DNA of 64,000 nt, from NCBI GenBank assembly GCA_964481885.1, contig CAYZUS010000009.1, positions 4,576-68,575 on the forward strand, written 5' to 3'. Positions 19,364 through 29,612 of this stretch are shown piece by piece. Numbering within the stretch: the first letter of the stretch is position 1; each line of letters opens with the position of its first letter. Under the pieces are notes generated by a model that saw only the letters and a program-made list of their open reading frames with translations, searched no databases and was not told the origin of the DNA. Source of the stretch: an uncultured Actinomycetota bacterium (lineage in GTDB: Bacteria; Actinomycetota; Humimicrobiia; Humimicrobiales; Humimicrobiaceae). The position numbers and the translations under genes were made by a program.

Positions 19364-19598
19364 GTTGGTTTTTTAAAACATTTTAAAAGTTACACATATA
19401 TAACGTGTTGCCGATTAGTTCTGTTCTTGATTGATTCTTTTACTGTGCTGTTTTAAGACAAATACAGAAAGAAACAGATGGATTTTTATATAGGGCCAAG
19501 ATGAAAAATATATTTGGCTAAATAGCACAGAAAACATTTATGGGCTGATTTGATAGATTGATTTTAAATATTAATTATTTTAAAAACATAAAAAAGTT

Positions 19599-20297
19599 AT
19601 GAATCAAAAAAATATTAATAAAAAAGTTTCCCTGGTTTCAATCGCTGATAATTTGGAAAAAGAAGAATTGCGGCGAAAAATCAAAAGGCAAAACAGGGAA
19701 TACTCTGACAAAAATAAAATGCTTGCCGAAAAAATTAAAGAACTCGAACAACTAAACAACAAACTGACAGAGATCAATCGAATTGACGAGCTTACAGGAC
19801 TATATAATCGACGGTTTTTTTATGAAAAAATAAAAGAAGAAATATTGAAAGCGGGAAGAATAAAATACAATATTGTCCTTGCTTATCTTGATATTGATAA
19901 CTTTAAACACATCAATGACAAATATGGGCACGACAGGGGTGACAAGGTACTAATAGACTTTGGTATTGTGTGTAAAAAACTTTTAAGGGAAGACAATGAT
20001 TTCGTTTTCAGGTTCGGCGGCGACGAGTTTGTCATATTGCTCACAAATTGCAGCAAAAGCGATGCCGGAGAAATCATAAGAAGGATAAATATCGAGTTTA
20101 AAAGCATTGATTCCAATCCATCAGTATCATATGGTTTTGTAATTCTACCGCTGGAAAGTGATGAAAACATTTTGGACAATCTGGATCATTACATTAATTC
20201 GGCTGACAATAATTTGTATGCTTTCAAAAAAAGAACGCTCAGCGTGCCGCAAAAATCAGGTGGGATGGAAATTCAGCAATTAGCGCTGAGCATCTAG
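19599..20297 (+). CDS. GGDEF-domain diguanylate cyclase with an N-terminal coiled coil
   Basis: …DELTGLYNRRFF…LAYLDIDNFKHINDKYGHDRGDKVL…FRFGGDEFVILL… The GGDEF signature and I-site context are present. Confidence 0.85.
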   Translation: MNQKNINKKVSLVSIADNLEKEELRRKIKRQNREYSDKNKMLAEKIKELEQLNNKLTEINRIDELTGLYNRRFFYEKIKEEILKAGRIKYNIVLAYLDIDNFKHINDKYGHDRGDKVLIDFGIVCKKLLREDNDFVFRFGGDEFVILLTNCSKSDAGEIIRRINIEFKSIDSNPSVSYGFVILPLESDENILDNLDHYINSADNNLYAFKKRTLSVPQKSGGMEIQQLALSI

Positions 20298-20663
20298 TAA
20301 ATTGGGTAGCCTTCCTGTAATCTGTTACTGGGTATAACAACCCGGTTTCTTTTGCAGCCTCACTAATAATCTTGTCGTCCTTTGTGTATTTCCATGGGGT
20401 ATAGCTTTTTAACGGCTGAACTGCTCTTTTGACACTCCTAATCCACAATATTTAAATAAATATCGAATAGTTCTTCTGATTTTCACCTTATTTTTATATT
20501 TTACACCACCTTCATACAACTCGCAATTACCCTAATATTCGCCCTATATAATGAGTTTTATAAAGATGCAGTATGGCACAGGTATCTACGGCTTGTCTTA
20601 ATAGTATCCTGGCTGCCTGTATTAAAAACAAGGATTTGAATAATTATCGGAGGGTTTCTGCAG

Positions 20664-21290
20664 ATGAAAATATACAAGTCAAAAATAGATAAAACGATTA
20701 CCACAAGATTTCTTTCATTGATAATGGCCGTACTTATGACTGCTGCATTTCTCTTAATGACAGAAGTGAAACTAAACGATACAGACATATTCTTTAATCC
20801 TATAAGTGTCCTGGGCTCCTCAGAAATAACAAAACTGGAGACTGCAGGAGTTTTGAAGAACATCAACGCAACTGTTACAGACGCCAAGGTGGATTTTAGC
20901 GAATATGAAATTAGCATTTTAAATCTAATTAATTCCAAAAGAAATGAAAACGGGCTGGCTTCTCTAAAGGAAAACCAGATCCTGACAGATGTATCAAGAA
21001 TCAGAAGCAATGACATGTTGAACAGGGATTATTTTTCGCACTATACTCCTGAAGGAACTACAGTATTTAATATATTAAGATCATATGGTGTTAAATGGAA
21101 ACTGGCAGGAGAAAATCTTGCTTTTTCCGAACCGGCAAACCTTGGTTCACCGGAAGCCTTTATGGATGCCTGGATGAATAGCCCGGGGCACGCTGAAAAT
21201 ATTCTAAGAAGTTCATTTAAAGTTATTGGTATAGGCATGACTGAAAATGGCGATAAGAGGGTTGTAACTACAGTTTTCAAGACACAGTAG
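20664..21290 (+). CDS. CAP/SCP (PR-1-like, YkwD-type) domain secreted protein
   Basis: N-terminal TM/signal segment. C-terminal CAP signature (…FSHYTPEGTT…GENLAF…PEAFMDAWMNSPGHAENIL…FKVIGIG…). Confidence 0.8.
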   Translation: MKIYKSKIDKTITTRFLSLIMAVLMTAAFLLMTEVKLNDTDIFFNPISVLGSSEITKLETAGVLKNINATVTDAKVDFSEYEISILNLINSKRNENGLASLKENQILTDVSRIRSNDMLNRDYFSHYTPEGTTVFNILRSYGVKWKLAGENLAFSEPANLGSPEAFMDAWMNSPGHAENILRSSFKVIGIGMTENGDKRVVTTVFKTQ

Positions 21291-22178
21291 AATTTATTTC
21301 AGGTTTATTCCTTCTGCTGCCATGGATTTTTCAGCTTTGATTTTATTGTTTATGACTGCTCAAAAGTATTATTGATTACTTTTTGTTTTTAAATTTTGTT
21401 GCCAAATCTGTGTTTATTATAAGTGGTATTAGGAATCTTTTTTATTTACTTCTTTCCTTTAGCCATTTTAATACTTGCTTAAAACTTTTAATTTGTCCCT
21501 TTAGGTGCTCTATGTCCTCAGCATTTTCTAACTCAGCATCTAATAGTTCATAATCCAATATATCCAATTCTGCTTCAATTTTCCTGATTATTTTACGCAC
21601 CCGGACCCCCTGTTGCGCCACTTGCCCGACACAACCCCTAAGCTCCCGTGTATTGAATTCGAGTTAAACTTTAGTGAAAAGCTCGTTTGAGTTTTTCTAC
21701 AGTCAGGCCTAAACCAAATGTGCTCAATTTTTTACACATGGATTCGATATTCTTTTTATGTACAGGTTCAATAAATTCTTTCTCTATAGCTTTTATTTTA
21801 CCTTTAGCTGCTTTAGCCGGAAACTCAACAACATTACTATTGGTTACTATTATAAATTTAATAATATACTATTTCCGCTTTCCCTTGCTATCTTTATAAT
21901 GATTGTACATTAAAATTTAACCTTGTCAAAAACTATTAAAATGCGTTCTGACATTTTTCATACGCACACCTTAAATCTGACAAGCGGTTTAGCAAACAAC
22001 TGTTTTCATACTTTTTTGTTTCGATATGTCATTGAATACCATGCTTATGACTTTTAAGCTTAGGCACTTCTCATAAAGCATTTAAAAATTCACCTGACAG
22101 GGCCCTTAAAAAAAGTTTGAGAATATAAAATTGATTCAGGATTAATGGCTTTGGAGGTCATTAGTGGATTAATAAATG

Positions 22179-22784
22179 TTATTTCCTGATAATTACTTTT
22201 CTGCCTTCGATTTTTAACCTGCCGGTACAGAAATATTTCACTGCGAGCGGATATAGCTTATGCTCCACGGCATGAATTTTTTCCTCGAGCGTTTCAGCAT
22301 TGTCATCTTCACTTACTTCAACAGCCTGCTGAAGGATTATAGGGCCGCTATCCAGTCCCCCATCAACAAAATGCACTGTAACACCTGAGACCTTTACGCC
22401 ATAATCAAAAGCGTCTTTTATGCCGTGTGAGCCCTTAAACGCCGGGAGAAGCGCCGGGTGTATGTTAACAATCCTGTTTTCAAATTTTGAAACAATATTC
22501 TGGCCCACAAGCAGCATATATCCTGCCAGCACCACCAAATCTATTTTTTCTTCTTCCAGTATGCTGATAATCTGTTCATCATATTGGCTGCGGCTGCTGA
22601 ACTGTGCAGGTTCCAGAAAAACTGCCTTTATGCCAGATTTTTGCGCTCGCAGCAACGAATATGCTCCGCTTTTGTTTGAAAGCACCAGAACGATTTCCCC
22701 ACCCAAGCCATCTTTTTCTGAAAAATCTATTAAAGCCTGGAGATTGGAGCCGAAGCCTGAGGCGAATACAGCGATTCTTTTCAT
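22179..22784 (-). CDS. purN: Phosphoribosylglycinamide formyltransferase
   Basis: IAVFASGFGSNLQALID…NIHPALLPAFKGSHG… is the canonical PurN. It is the last gene of the pur operon. Confidence 0.9.
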   Translation of the reverse strand: MKRIAVFASGFGSNLQALIDFSEKDGLGGEIVLVLSNKSGAYSLLRAQKSGIKAVFLEPAQFSSRSQYDEQIISILEEEKIDLVVLAGYMLLVGQNIVSKFENRIVNIHPALLPAFKGSHGIKDAFDYGVKVSGVTVHFVDGGLDSGPIILQQAVEVSEDDNAETLEEKIHAVEHKLYPLAVKYFCTGRLKIEGRKVIIRK

Positions 22785-22785
22785 C

Positions 22786-23850
22786 TTAAATTATTCTGAC
22801 CTTCCCACTGCCTTTTACTATTTGTCCTATGATAAATGCAGCATCGCCAGATTCTTCTGCTAATGCTACCGCTGTTTTCGCATATTCAGGGCCGATAATA
22901 TAAACCATTCCTATCCCCATATTAAATACCCTGAACATCTCGTCAGCGGCCATATTTCCCTTTGACTGTAAAAACTCAAAAATTTCTGGTATTTCCCAGC
23001 TTCCCCGCCTGATTTGAGCATCTGTGTTGTCCGGGATAACACGGTTTATGTTCTCATAAAATCCGCCGCCGGTAATATGCGCCATCCCGTTTATTTTTAT
23101 CTGTCTGTCTTTAAAGTTTTTTGAAACCTTAAAATAAAGCTTTGTGGGCTCCATAAGTATCTCGCCGAGATTCCTTCCTGAAAGCCCTGCTGTTTTAAAT
23201 TTATAATCCACGGTCAAATCAAGCTTTCTTCCACTGATTATTTCCCTTACAAGCGAATAACCGTTGCTGTGGATCCCGGATGAGGCAAGGCCCAAAATAA
23301 TATCGCCCTCTTTTACAAGTTCTGGCTTTATTATCTGCTGCCTGTCAACTGCGCCTACAACAAAGCCCGCCAGGTCTATGTCTCCATGCTTGTACATGTC
23401 GGGCATCTCGGCAATCTCGCCGCCTATTAATGCCGTCTCACATATCCTGCAGCTTGCCGCAATAGACTCTACTATAGTTTCTATTTTGTGCGGCTCAAGC
23501 TTTCCGCAGGCAATATAGTCAAGAAAAAACAAAGGAGTTGCTCCGCAGCAAAGGATGTCATTTATGCACATTGCAACAAGGTCCTGACCGATATTATCAA
23601 GAAGCCCGGTTGTCCTGGCAAGAAGAAGCTTGGTGCCCACGCCATCGGTAGACGAAACCAGCACCGGCTCTTTAAACCTGTCCTTTTCAAACGAAAAAAG
23701 ACCGGCATAGGATGAGAGGTCGTTTAAGACATTTTTATTAAATGTTGAAAAAACGGGCTTTTTTATAAGCTTTATGGCCTCGGCGGCTGCATTAAGATCA
23801 ACACCGGAATCCTTGTAAGTTATAGGACTTAAATCATCTTTTTTATCCAT
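22786..23850 (-). CDS. purM: Phosphoribosylformylglycinamidine cyclo-ligase (AIR synthetase)
   Basis: YKDSGVDLNAAAEAIKLIK…GVGTKLLLA…AHITGGG… matches PurM/AIRS N- and C-domains. Confidence 0.9.
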   Translation of the reverse strand: MDKKDDLSPITYKDSGVDLNAAAEAIKLIKKPVFSTFNKNVLNDLSSYAGLFSFEKDRFKEPVLVSSTDGVGTKLLLARTTGLLDNIGQDLVAMCINDILCCGATPLFFLDYIACGKLEPHKIETIVESIAASCRICETALIGGEIAEMPDMYKHGDIDLAGFVVGAVDRQQIIKPELVKEGDIILGLASSGIHSNGYSLVREIISGRKLDLTVDYKFKTAGLSGRNLGEILMEPTKLYFKVSKNFKDRQIKINGMAHITGGGFYENINRVIPDNTDAQIRRGSWEIPEIFEFLQSKGNMAADEMFRVFNMGIGMVYIIGPEYAKTAVALAEESGDAAFIIGQIVKGSGKVRII

Positions 23851-24062
23851 GTTACTCCCGAATGTGTTTTTATTTTTAATTTTAATATTTATAAAAAATA
23901 CCTTTATGAGAATAGTAGCCTAATATATTTTTTGATTTGTAACTTTTAATAGTTGGCAACTTTTTTATTAATACAACCTTTTTGTTTTCCAGTTTTTCCA
24001 TTAATTTGATCATATATTTTCCGGGATTTTATAAGTCTGACCTTTTCATTATGAATGCCGTT

Positions 24063-25535
24063 TCAGCTATCCTGTCTCTGTGAAGAACTCTTTTCTTCTT
24101 TATTATGATAATCCTTGCCTTCCATGAAATATTTGTCAGTCTGCACCTCTTCAGAAACTGGCACCGGATAATCCCCGTTAAAGCAGGCAAAGCAGAATTT
24201 ATCCTTCGGCTCGCCTATTGCCTTTACGAGGCCATCTATTGAAAGATACCTTAAGCTGTCTACATTTAAATACTTTCTTATATCTTCAAGGGTCCGGTGG
24301 CTGGCTATAAATTCCTTTTTTGTTGCCATGTCAATGCCATAGTAGCAAGGATGTAATAATGGCGGCGAGCTTATCCGCATGTGTATTTCTTTTGCTCCGG
24401 CAGAGTAAAGCATCTGCACCACTTTTTTTGATGTGTTGCCCCTTACTATCGAATCGTCAACAACAACAAGCCTTTTACCCCTGATGGCATCACTAAGCGG
24501 ATTTAACTTTACCTTTACGCCTACCTCCCGGATTTCCTGCGTTGGCTGTATAAAGGTCCTGCCTACGTACCTGTTTTTAATGAGCCCCTCTCCGTATGGT
24601 ATTTTTGAAGCGGCCGAATAACCGATGGCGGCAGGGGTCCCGGAATCCGGCACCGACATAACCATGTCTGCTTCAACCTGGCTCTCATTTGCAAGCTGCT
24701 GTCCCATTTTATGCCTTATCTCAAAAATATTCGTATTGTAAAGGTAACTGTCCGGCCTTGCAAAATAAATAAGCTCAAAAACACACATGGATATTCTGTC
24801 AACCGGCAGTATCATCTGGGAGCGCAATCCGTCTTTGTCAATGGTTACTATTTCTCCCGGGTCTATCTCCCTTACGTGCTTTGCATCAATGATATCGAGA
24901 GCGCAGGTTTCACTGGCTATTATATAGTCACCGTCCCTGTCACCCAAAACCATTGGCCTGAACCCATGGGGGTCCCGGACCGCAAAAAGTTTGTCCTTGG
25001 TAAGTATCAGCAGGCTGTAGGAGCCCTTTATTTTACCTGTGATTTCTTCGACGGCTTCTTCAAAGCTGCCGGCCTGTGAGCTTTCTATAAGTGAGGCTAT
25101 TACTTCAGTATCTGTGGTAGTCTCAAATCTTATGCCCTTACGCATCTGTTCTTTGCGGATCTCTTCGGTATTAGTAAGGTTTCCATTGTGACCTATTGCA
25201 AAAACTTCGTCCCTGAACATCCGGTACAGCGGCTGTGAGTTTTTCCAGATATTGCGTCCGGTTGTGGAATACCTCGTATGGCCTATGCCAATTTTGCCCT
25301 GGAGCGGCGCCAGGTTTTGTTCTGAAAAGACTTGTGACACGAGCCCCAAATCCTTAAATACCAGCATGTCTTCCCCATCGGAAACCGCAATTCCGGCACT
25401 TTCCTGTCCGCGGTGCTGCAGAGCCTGCAGACCATAAAAAATAAATTCGGCAACATTCCTGTTTTGGGAATAAATGCCGAATACGCCGCATTCATCGTGA
25501 ATTTTTTTTGAACCAAAATAAATTTTTTCTGTCAT
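24063..25535 (-). CDS. purF: Amidophosphoribosyltransferase
   Basis: N-terminal Ntn-hydrolase Cys (…CGVFGIYS…). PRTase motif (…VVVDDSIVRGNTSKKV…). C-terminal Cys ligands. Confidence 0.9.
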   Translation of the reverse strand: MTEKIYFGSKKIHDECGVFGIYSQNRNVAEFIFYGLQALQHRGQESAGIAVSDGEDMLVFKDLGLVSQVFSEQNLAPLQGKIGIGHTRYSTTGRNIWKNSQPLYRMFRDEVFAIGHNGNLTNTEEIRKEQMRKGIRFETTTDTEVIASLIESSQAGSFEEAVEEITGKIKGSYSLLILTKDKLFAVRDPHGFRPMVLGDRDGDYIIASETCALDIIDAKHVREIDPGEIVTIDKDGLRSQMILPVDRISMCVFELIYFARPDSYLYNTNIFEIRHKMGQQLANESQVEADMVMSVPDSGTPAAIGYSAASKIPYGEGLIKNRYVGRTFIQPTQEIREVGVKVKLNPLSDAIRGKRLVVVDDSIVRGNTSKKVVQMLYSAGAKEIHMRISSPPLLHPCYYGIDMATKKEFIASHRTLEDIRKYLNVDSLRYLSIDGLVKAIGEPKDKFCFACFNGDYPVPVSEEVQTDKYFMEGKDYHNKEEKSSSQRQDS

Positions 25536-25694
25536 ATACTGCCAATCAAAGTTAAATATAATATCTGTAAATTAATATTAAGTAATTGCCAGAGTGCCTG
25601 TCTCATTAAATGAATTCAGATAAATCTTCTACAAGCCGCTCTTACCGGTCAAAATAAAGTAATTTATCTTCAGGATAATCTTACCACAAAAAGA

Positions 25695-28600
25695 TTATTT
25701 TATTTCACACCACTTTCTTGCATTCTGGAACATTTTAAGCCAAGGAGATGCGCTGAGCTCTTTTTTTAATCTCTCCGGGAGCCATGGGAGCTGCCAAAGC
25801 AGAAACGCCCTTTCAGGATGTGGCATCATTGCAAGGTGCCTGCCGTCTTCAGAACATATTGCCGTATAGCCGCCCGGGGAGCTGTTCGGGTTAAAAGGAT
25901 AAGCATCTTCACCAGCTGTGCAGCCTTCATCATCAACATATACCATTGGCATGAGCTTGTTGTTTACTGCTTTCTCAAATACTTCCCTGTCAGGGCAGTA
26001 CATGTGCCCCTCTCTGTGCGCGACCCAAACTCCAAAAACGGTATCTTCCATTCCTGAGAGCATTATTGAAGGACTTTTAAGGATTTTGACTGTTGCCCAC
26101 CTTGATTCAAAACGGCCGGATGGATTTGATATAAATCTTGGCTGCTTTATCTCAGGAATACCTTTAAAAGGCACCCGGCCCAGAAGCGATAACAATTGGC
26201 AGCCATTGCACACGCCAAAAGAAAAAGTATCGGGCCTTTCATAGAACTCATCAAACATCTCAGACAGACCGGGATTAAATTTGATTATTCCGGCCCAGCC
26301 CTTAGCGCTGTCAAGCACGTCCGCATAAGAAAATCCTCCGACAAAAACTGCCCCCCTGAAATCTTTTAACGAGACTTGTTTTGCAAGAAGATCAGTCATT
26401 GTAACATCCCAGGTTTCAAAACCAGCCATGTAAAAAGCTGAAGCCATTTCCCTGTCGCCGTTGCTGCCCTCTTCCCTTATTATTGCAACTTTTGGCTTGT
26501 CCTGACGGGCGATGATTTCAGGCCCGGTTATTTCTGGAACAAAAGAAATATTATATTTGGGTCCTTTTCTTATATGCGAGTTTGCCTGTTTTAATGCGTA
26601 TGAAGGGCTCATCTGATGTTTTTCAAGTTCGTCGCTCGTGGATTCCCACCAATTAAGCAGCGTACCCGTTTTAATATTGGCCACTATATTACCGGCGTTT
26701 TTAATTATCAGTTCTTTTTGTTTTAAAGTCTTTCCAAGGATTATATGCGGGAGCCCGAATTTATTAATTATTTCCAGGATATCCATCTGTTGTTCCGGCA
26801 TGTATTCGATTAAAAGACCGAGCTCTTCGGAAAAAAGTTGTCCCAATATTAAGTCTCTTCCAACACCCTCTGCCACAATGTCTATCTCGGCACCGCAATT
26901 TCCTGACATTATCATCTCTGAAATGGCAGTTATAAGCCCACCATCACTTCTGTCATGTCCCGACAAAATCAGATCCCTGGCAATCATCTCCTGGATACCG
27001 TAAAAAGCATTTTTCAGCAATTCCGGGTCATCAGCATCCGGGCACTGATCCCCGGCCTGGCCCAGTGTTTGCGCAAGCGCGCTGCCTCCCAGCCTGTTTT
27101 TACCTCTTGAAATATCCATATATATAAGCAGGCTTTCCCCGGGACATTTTATATCCGGTGTTACGGACTTTCTTATGTCATCAACAGTAACGTAAGCAGA
27201 AACAACAACCTGACCGGGAGATTTGACCATTTCATTTTCCACTCGGGCAGCCATTGATACGCTGTCTTTTCCTCCATCTGCAGCAATGCCCATAAACTTC
27301 ATAAATTCGACAAGCGCATCTGCACAATCCCAGAGCGCAGCGCCCTCGCCGGGAAGTTTGGCGGGCCACATCCAGTTGACCGAACACTTTATATCGGACA
27401 AATCGCTGATTTTTGCCCAGACCATGTTTGTCAGCGCCTCTGCAGCAGACATCCTGGCGCCTGCCTGGGGATTTATCAGCACCTTTAAGGGCTGTTCCCC
27501 AATAGACATTGCTGCACCCGAATTGCCAAAATGGCTCTGAGCAATGATGCTGACATCTGAAACAGGCAGGCCAAGCGGACCGCAGCACTGCTGCCTTGCT
27601 ACAAGGCCCGTAACGCTCCTATCCACTTTCCTGACAAGAAATCCTTTTGAACCTACCGAAGGCAGCCTGAAAACATTTTCGATTGCCTCTTCAATTTTTA
27701 AACCCTCTGGAATTCTTAATGGCTCCAGAAGTATACTTGCTCTTTTAAGGTCAAACTCTTTTTGAGGAATGTTGCCAAGTATCTTTGAAAGTTCAAGGTC
27801 AACGGGGCATGTGTTATCAAGGCTGTCATGGACAACTATTTTACCGTCATTTGTAATTTCTCCAAGCACTTCGCAATTGACTTTTTCCCGAAGGCAGATG
27901 TCCTGAAATTTTTGGAGATTTTGGGGCAATATGAGAAATGCGTCCCTCTCCTGGAATTCAGCCACCCATATCTCAAGAACAGACATTGTGCTGTCCCCAA
28001 CGGCAATTTTGCGTATCTGGATTATTCCTCCAGCCGGGTCCGTTATTTCGGTAAGAACATTACATGGTCCACCGGCTCCCTGGTCGTGAGCCGCAAGCAC
28101 GGGGTTGTCTTCGCCCATTTCAATACAGGCTCGTACCACCCTGTTTAGTTTTTGCTCCATTTCGGCATTGCCCCTCTGTACTGCGTTAAAGTCAAGGTCC
28201 TGCCGATTTTCACCCTGTATAAGGCTTGAGGCAGAACCTCCGCCCAGTCCTATCCTGTATGCCGGCCCACCAACCTGTATTATAAGCATTCCTTTGGATG
28301 GCTGTTGTTTTTTAATATTGCAGTCATCTATCTGTCCGATGCCTCCGGTAAACATTATGGGTTTTACCCACTCTTTTCTCTCACCATTTGGAAGGCGCAT
28401 GCCGAATGTCCTGGTGAAGCCCTGGATCAAAGGTTCTCCAAACTTGTTTCCGTAATCAGAGGCCCCGTTGCTTTCTTCTATTATTATCCTTAAAGGCGAT
28501 GCCAGATTTGGCGGATAGATAAAACTTACATCCTCCCCGCTGATATTATAGCCGTCAATATTGAGATTTCCGGTTGCATAACCTGCGGTTCCTGCAATCA

Positions 28601-29549
28601 CATGGCCGCCCCTACCTGTTCCCTGCACGTCTCTTATTCTTCCTCCTGTGCCGGTCTCCGCTCCGGGGAAAGGCGCAACTCCACTGGGAAAATTATGGGT
28701 CTCAGCCGTAAATATAATATGGCGCCTGACACTTGCAGGATTAAATGCGCAGCAAAATCCGGGTCTTGCCGGGATTATTGTTGAAATATCATAGCCTTTT
28801 ATGGCGCTTGAATTATCGTTAAATGCTATAAGGCTGTTGGAAGGATTAGCCGCCAATGTGGACTTTATGACTTCCATAAGTGTCAAAGGCATCACTATGC
28901 CGTCTATTATGAGCCGCCCCTTGAAAAACCAGTGCCTTGAGTGTTCGCTGTTTGCCTGGCTCAACTGGTAACACTCCACGTTTGTGGGATTTCGCTTAAA
29001 ATCTTCTGTAAACAGCCTGAAATAAAAATCGATATCCCATGCATCAAAACCCAGGCCATATTTTTTATTGATTTCTTCCAGTGCACATGCTCCCTCTGAA
29101 AGAAGGGGAATAATATAGACTTCCTGGGGTTTGATCCCGGTCCGGAAAGATTCAAGCACCAGGCCGTACACCATCTCTGTCATCCTGTCATGGTTTTCAT
29201 CAACAAATTTATCATTATCTGCTGGAGCCAGCGTCTGACCACTGAACAGATACCTTCTGGAACGTTCAAGCCTGGTTATGCTGCTGATACCGCAAGAATG
29301 ACAGATTGCCACGGCATTTGTTGAAAATGCTGTTTCAAAATTAAGCCTGGGGCCAATTTCTGTAATGCATGAGTTTTTTTGAAGTATACTGGTGTCCAAT
29401 AATGATTTTATACTGAAATTTCCGGGTTCAAAAGTCTCGGACAACAGCCACTGAAGTGTTTTAATATCCGATTTATCCAATTCGCAAGAGGTTTCAATAT
29501 TGTAGCAATATTCAAAACTCTTATCGATAAGGCGATAAAAGTGCAGCAA
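25695..29549 (-). CDS. purL: Phosphoribosylformylglycinamidine synthase, single-chain large form
   Basis: A 1284-aa protein with N-terminal, duplicated AIRS-like and C-terminal glutaminase domains (…VAIIREEGSNGDREMA…FSFGVCNGCQLL…HPERAF…). Confidence 0.95.
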   Translation of the reverse strand: MLHFYRLIDKSFEYCYNIETSCELDKSDIKTLQWLLSETFEPGNFSIKSLLDTSILQKNSCITEIGPRLNFETAFSTNAVAICHSCGISSITRLERSRRYLFSGQTLAPADNDKFVDENHDRMTEMVYGLVLESFRTGIKPQEVYIIPLLSEGACALEEINKKYGLGFDAWDIDFYFRLFTEDFKRNPTNVECYQLSQANSEHSRHWFFKGRLIIDGIVMPLTLMEVIKSTLAANPSNSLIAFNDNSSAIKGYDISTIIPARPGFCCAFNPASVRRHIIFTAETHNFPSGVAPFPGAETGTGGRIRDVQGTGRGGHVIAGTAGYATGNLNIDGYNISGEDVSFIYPPNLASPLRIIIEESNGASDYGNKFGEPLIQGFTRTFGMRLPNGERKEWVKPIMFTGGIGQIDDCNIKKQQPSKGMLIIQVGGPAYRIGLGGGSASSLIQGENRQDLDFNAVQRGNAEMEQKLNRVVRACIEMGEDNPVLAAHDQGAGGPCNVLTEITDPAGGIIQIRKIAVGDSTMSVLEIWVAEFQERDAFLILPQNLQKFQDICLREKVNCEVLGEITNDGKIVVHDSLDNTCPVDLELSKILGNIPQKEFDLKRASILLEPLRIPEGLKIEEAIENVFRLPSVGSKGFLVRKVDRSVTGLVARQQCCGPLGLPVSDVSIIAQSHFGNSGAAMSIGEQPLKVLINPQAGARMSAAEALTNMVWAKISDLSDIKCSVNWMWPAKLPGEGAALWDCADALVEFMKFMGIAADGGKDSVSMAARVENEMVKSPGQVVVSAYVTVDDIRKSVTPDIKCPGESLLIYMDISRGKNRLGGSALAQTLGQAGDQCPDADDPELLKNAFYGIQEMIARDLILSGHDRSDGGLITAISEMIMSGNCGAEIDIVAEGVGRDLILGQLFSEELGLLIEYMPEQQMDILEIINKFGLPHIILGKTLKQKELIIKNAGNIVANIKTGTLLNWWESTSDELEKHQMSPSYALKQANSHIRKGPKYNISFVPEITGPEIIARQDKPKVAIIREEGSNGDREMASAFYMAGFETWDVTMTDLLAKQVSLKDFRGAVFVGGFSYADVLDSAKGWAGIIKFNPGLSEMFDEFYERPDTFSFGVCNGCQLLSLLGRVPFKGIPEIKQPRFISNPSGRFESRWATVKILKSPSIMLSGMEDTVFGVWVAHREGHMYCPDREVFEKAVNNKLMPMVYVDDEGCTAGEDAYPFNPNSSPGGYTAICSEDGRHLAMMPHPERAFLLWQLPWLPERLKKELSASPWLKMFQNARKWCEIK

Positions 29550-29612
29550 AATGGCTTTCCTTTCTTTTTTTAAGGCTTGTTTTTCAAGGGTTATCCTCCA
29601 AGGGCAATAAAA

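Noticed and set aside
20239-20448. 69-aa minus-strand ORF overlapping the 3' end of the GGDEF gene
   Set aside because: It overlaps a well-supported gene on the opposite strand and has no RBS or recognisable domain. I treat it as spurious.
25672-25698. Hairpin ATAATCTTaccacaaaAAGATTAT at the purL stop, as a possible terminator
   Set aside because: No T-run follows in the sense direction, and purF continues the operon immediately downstream. An attenuator role is unsupported.
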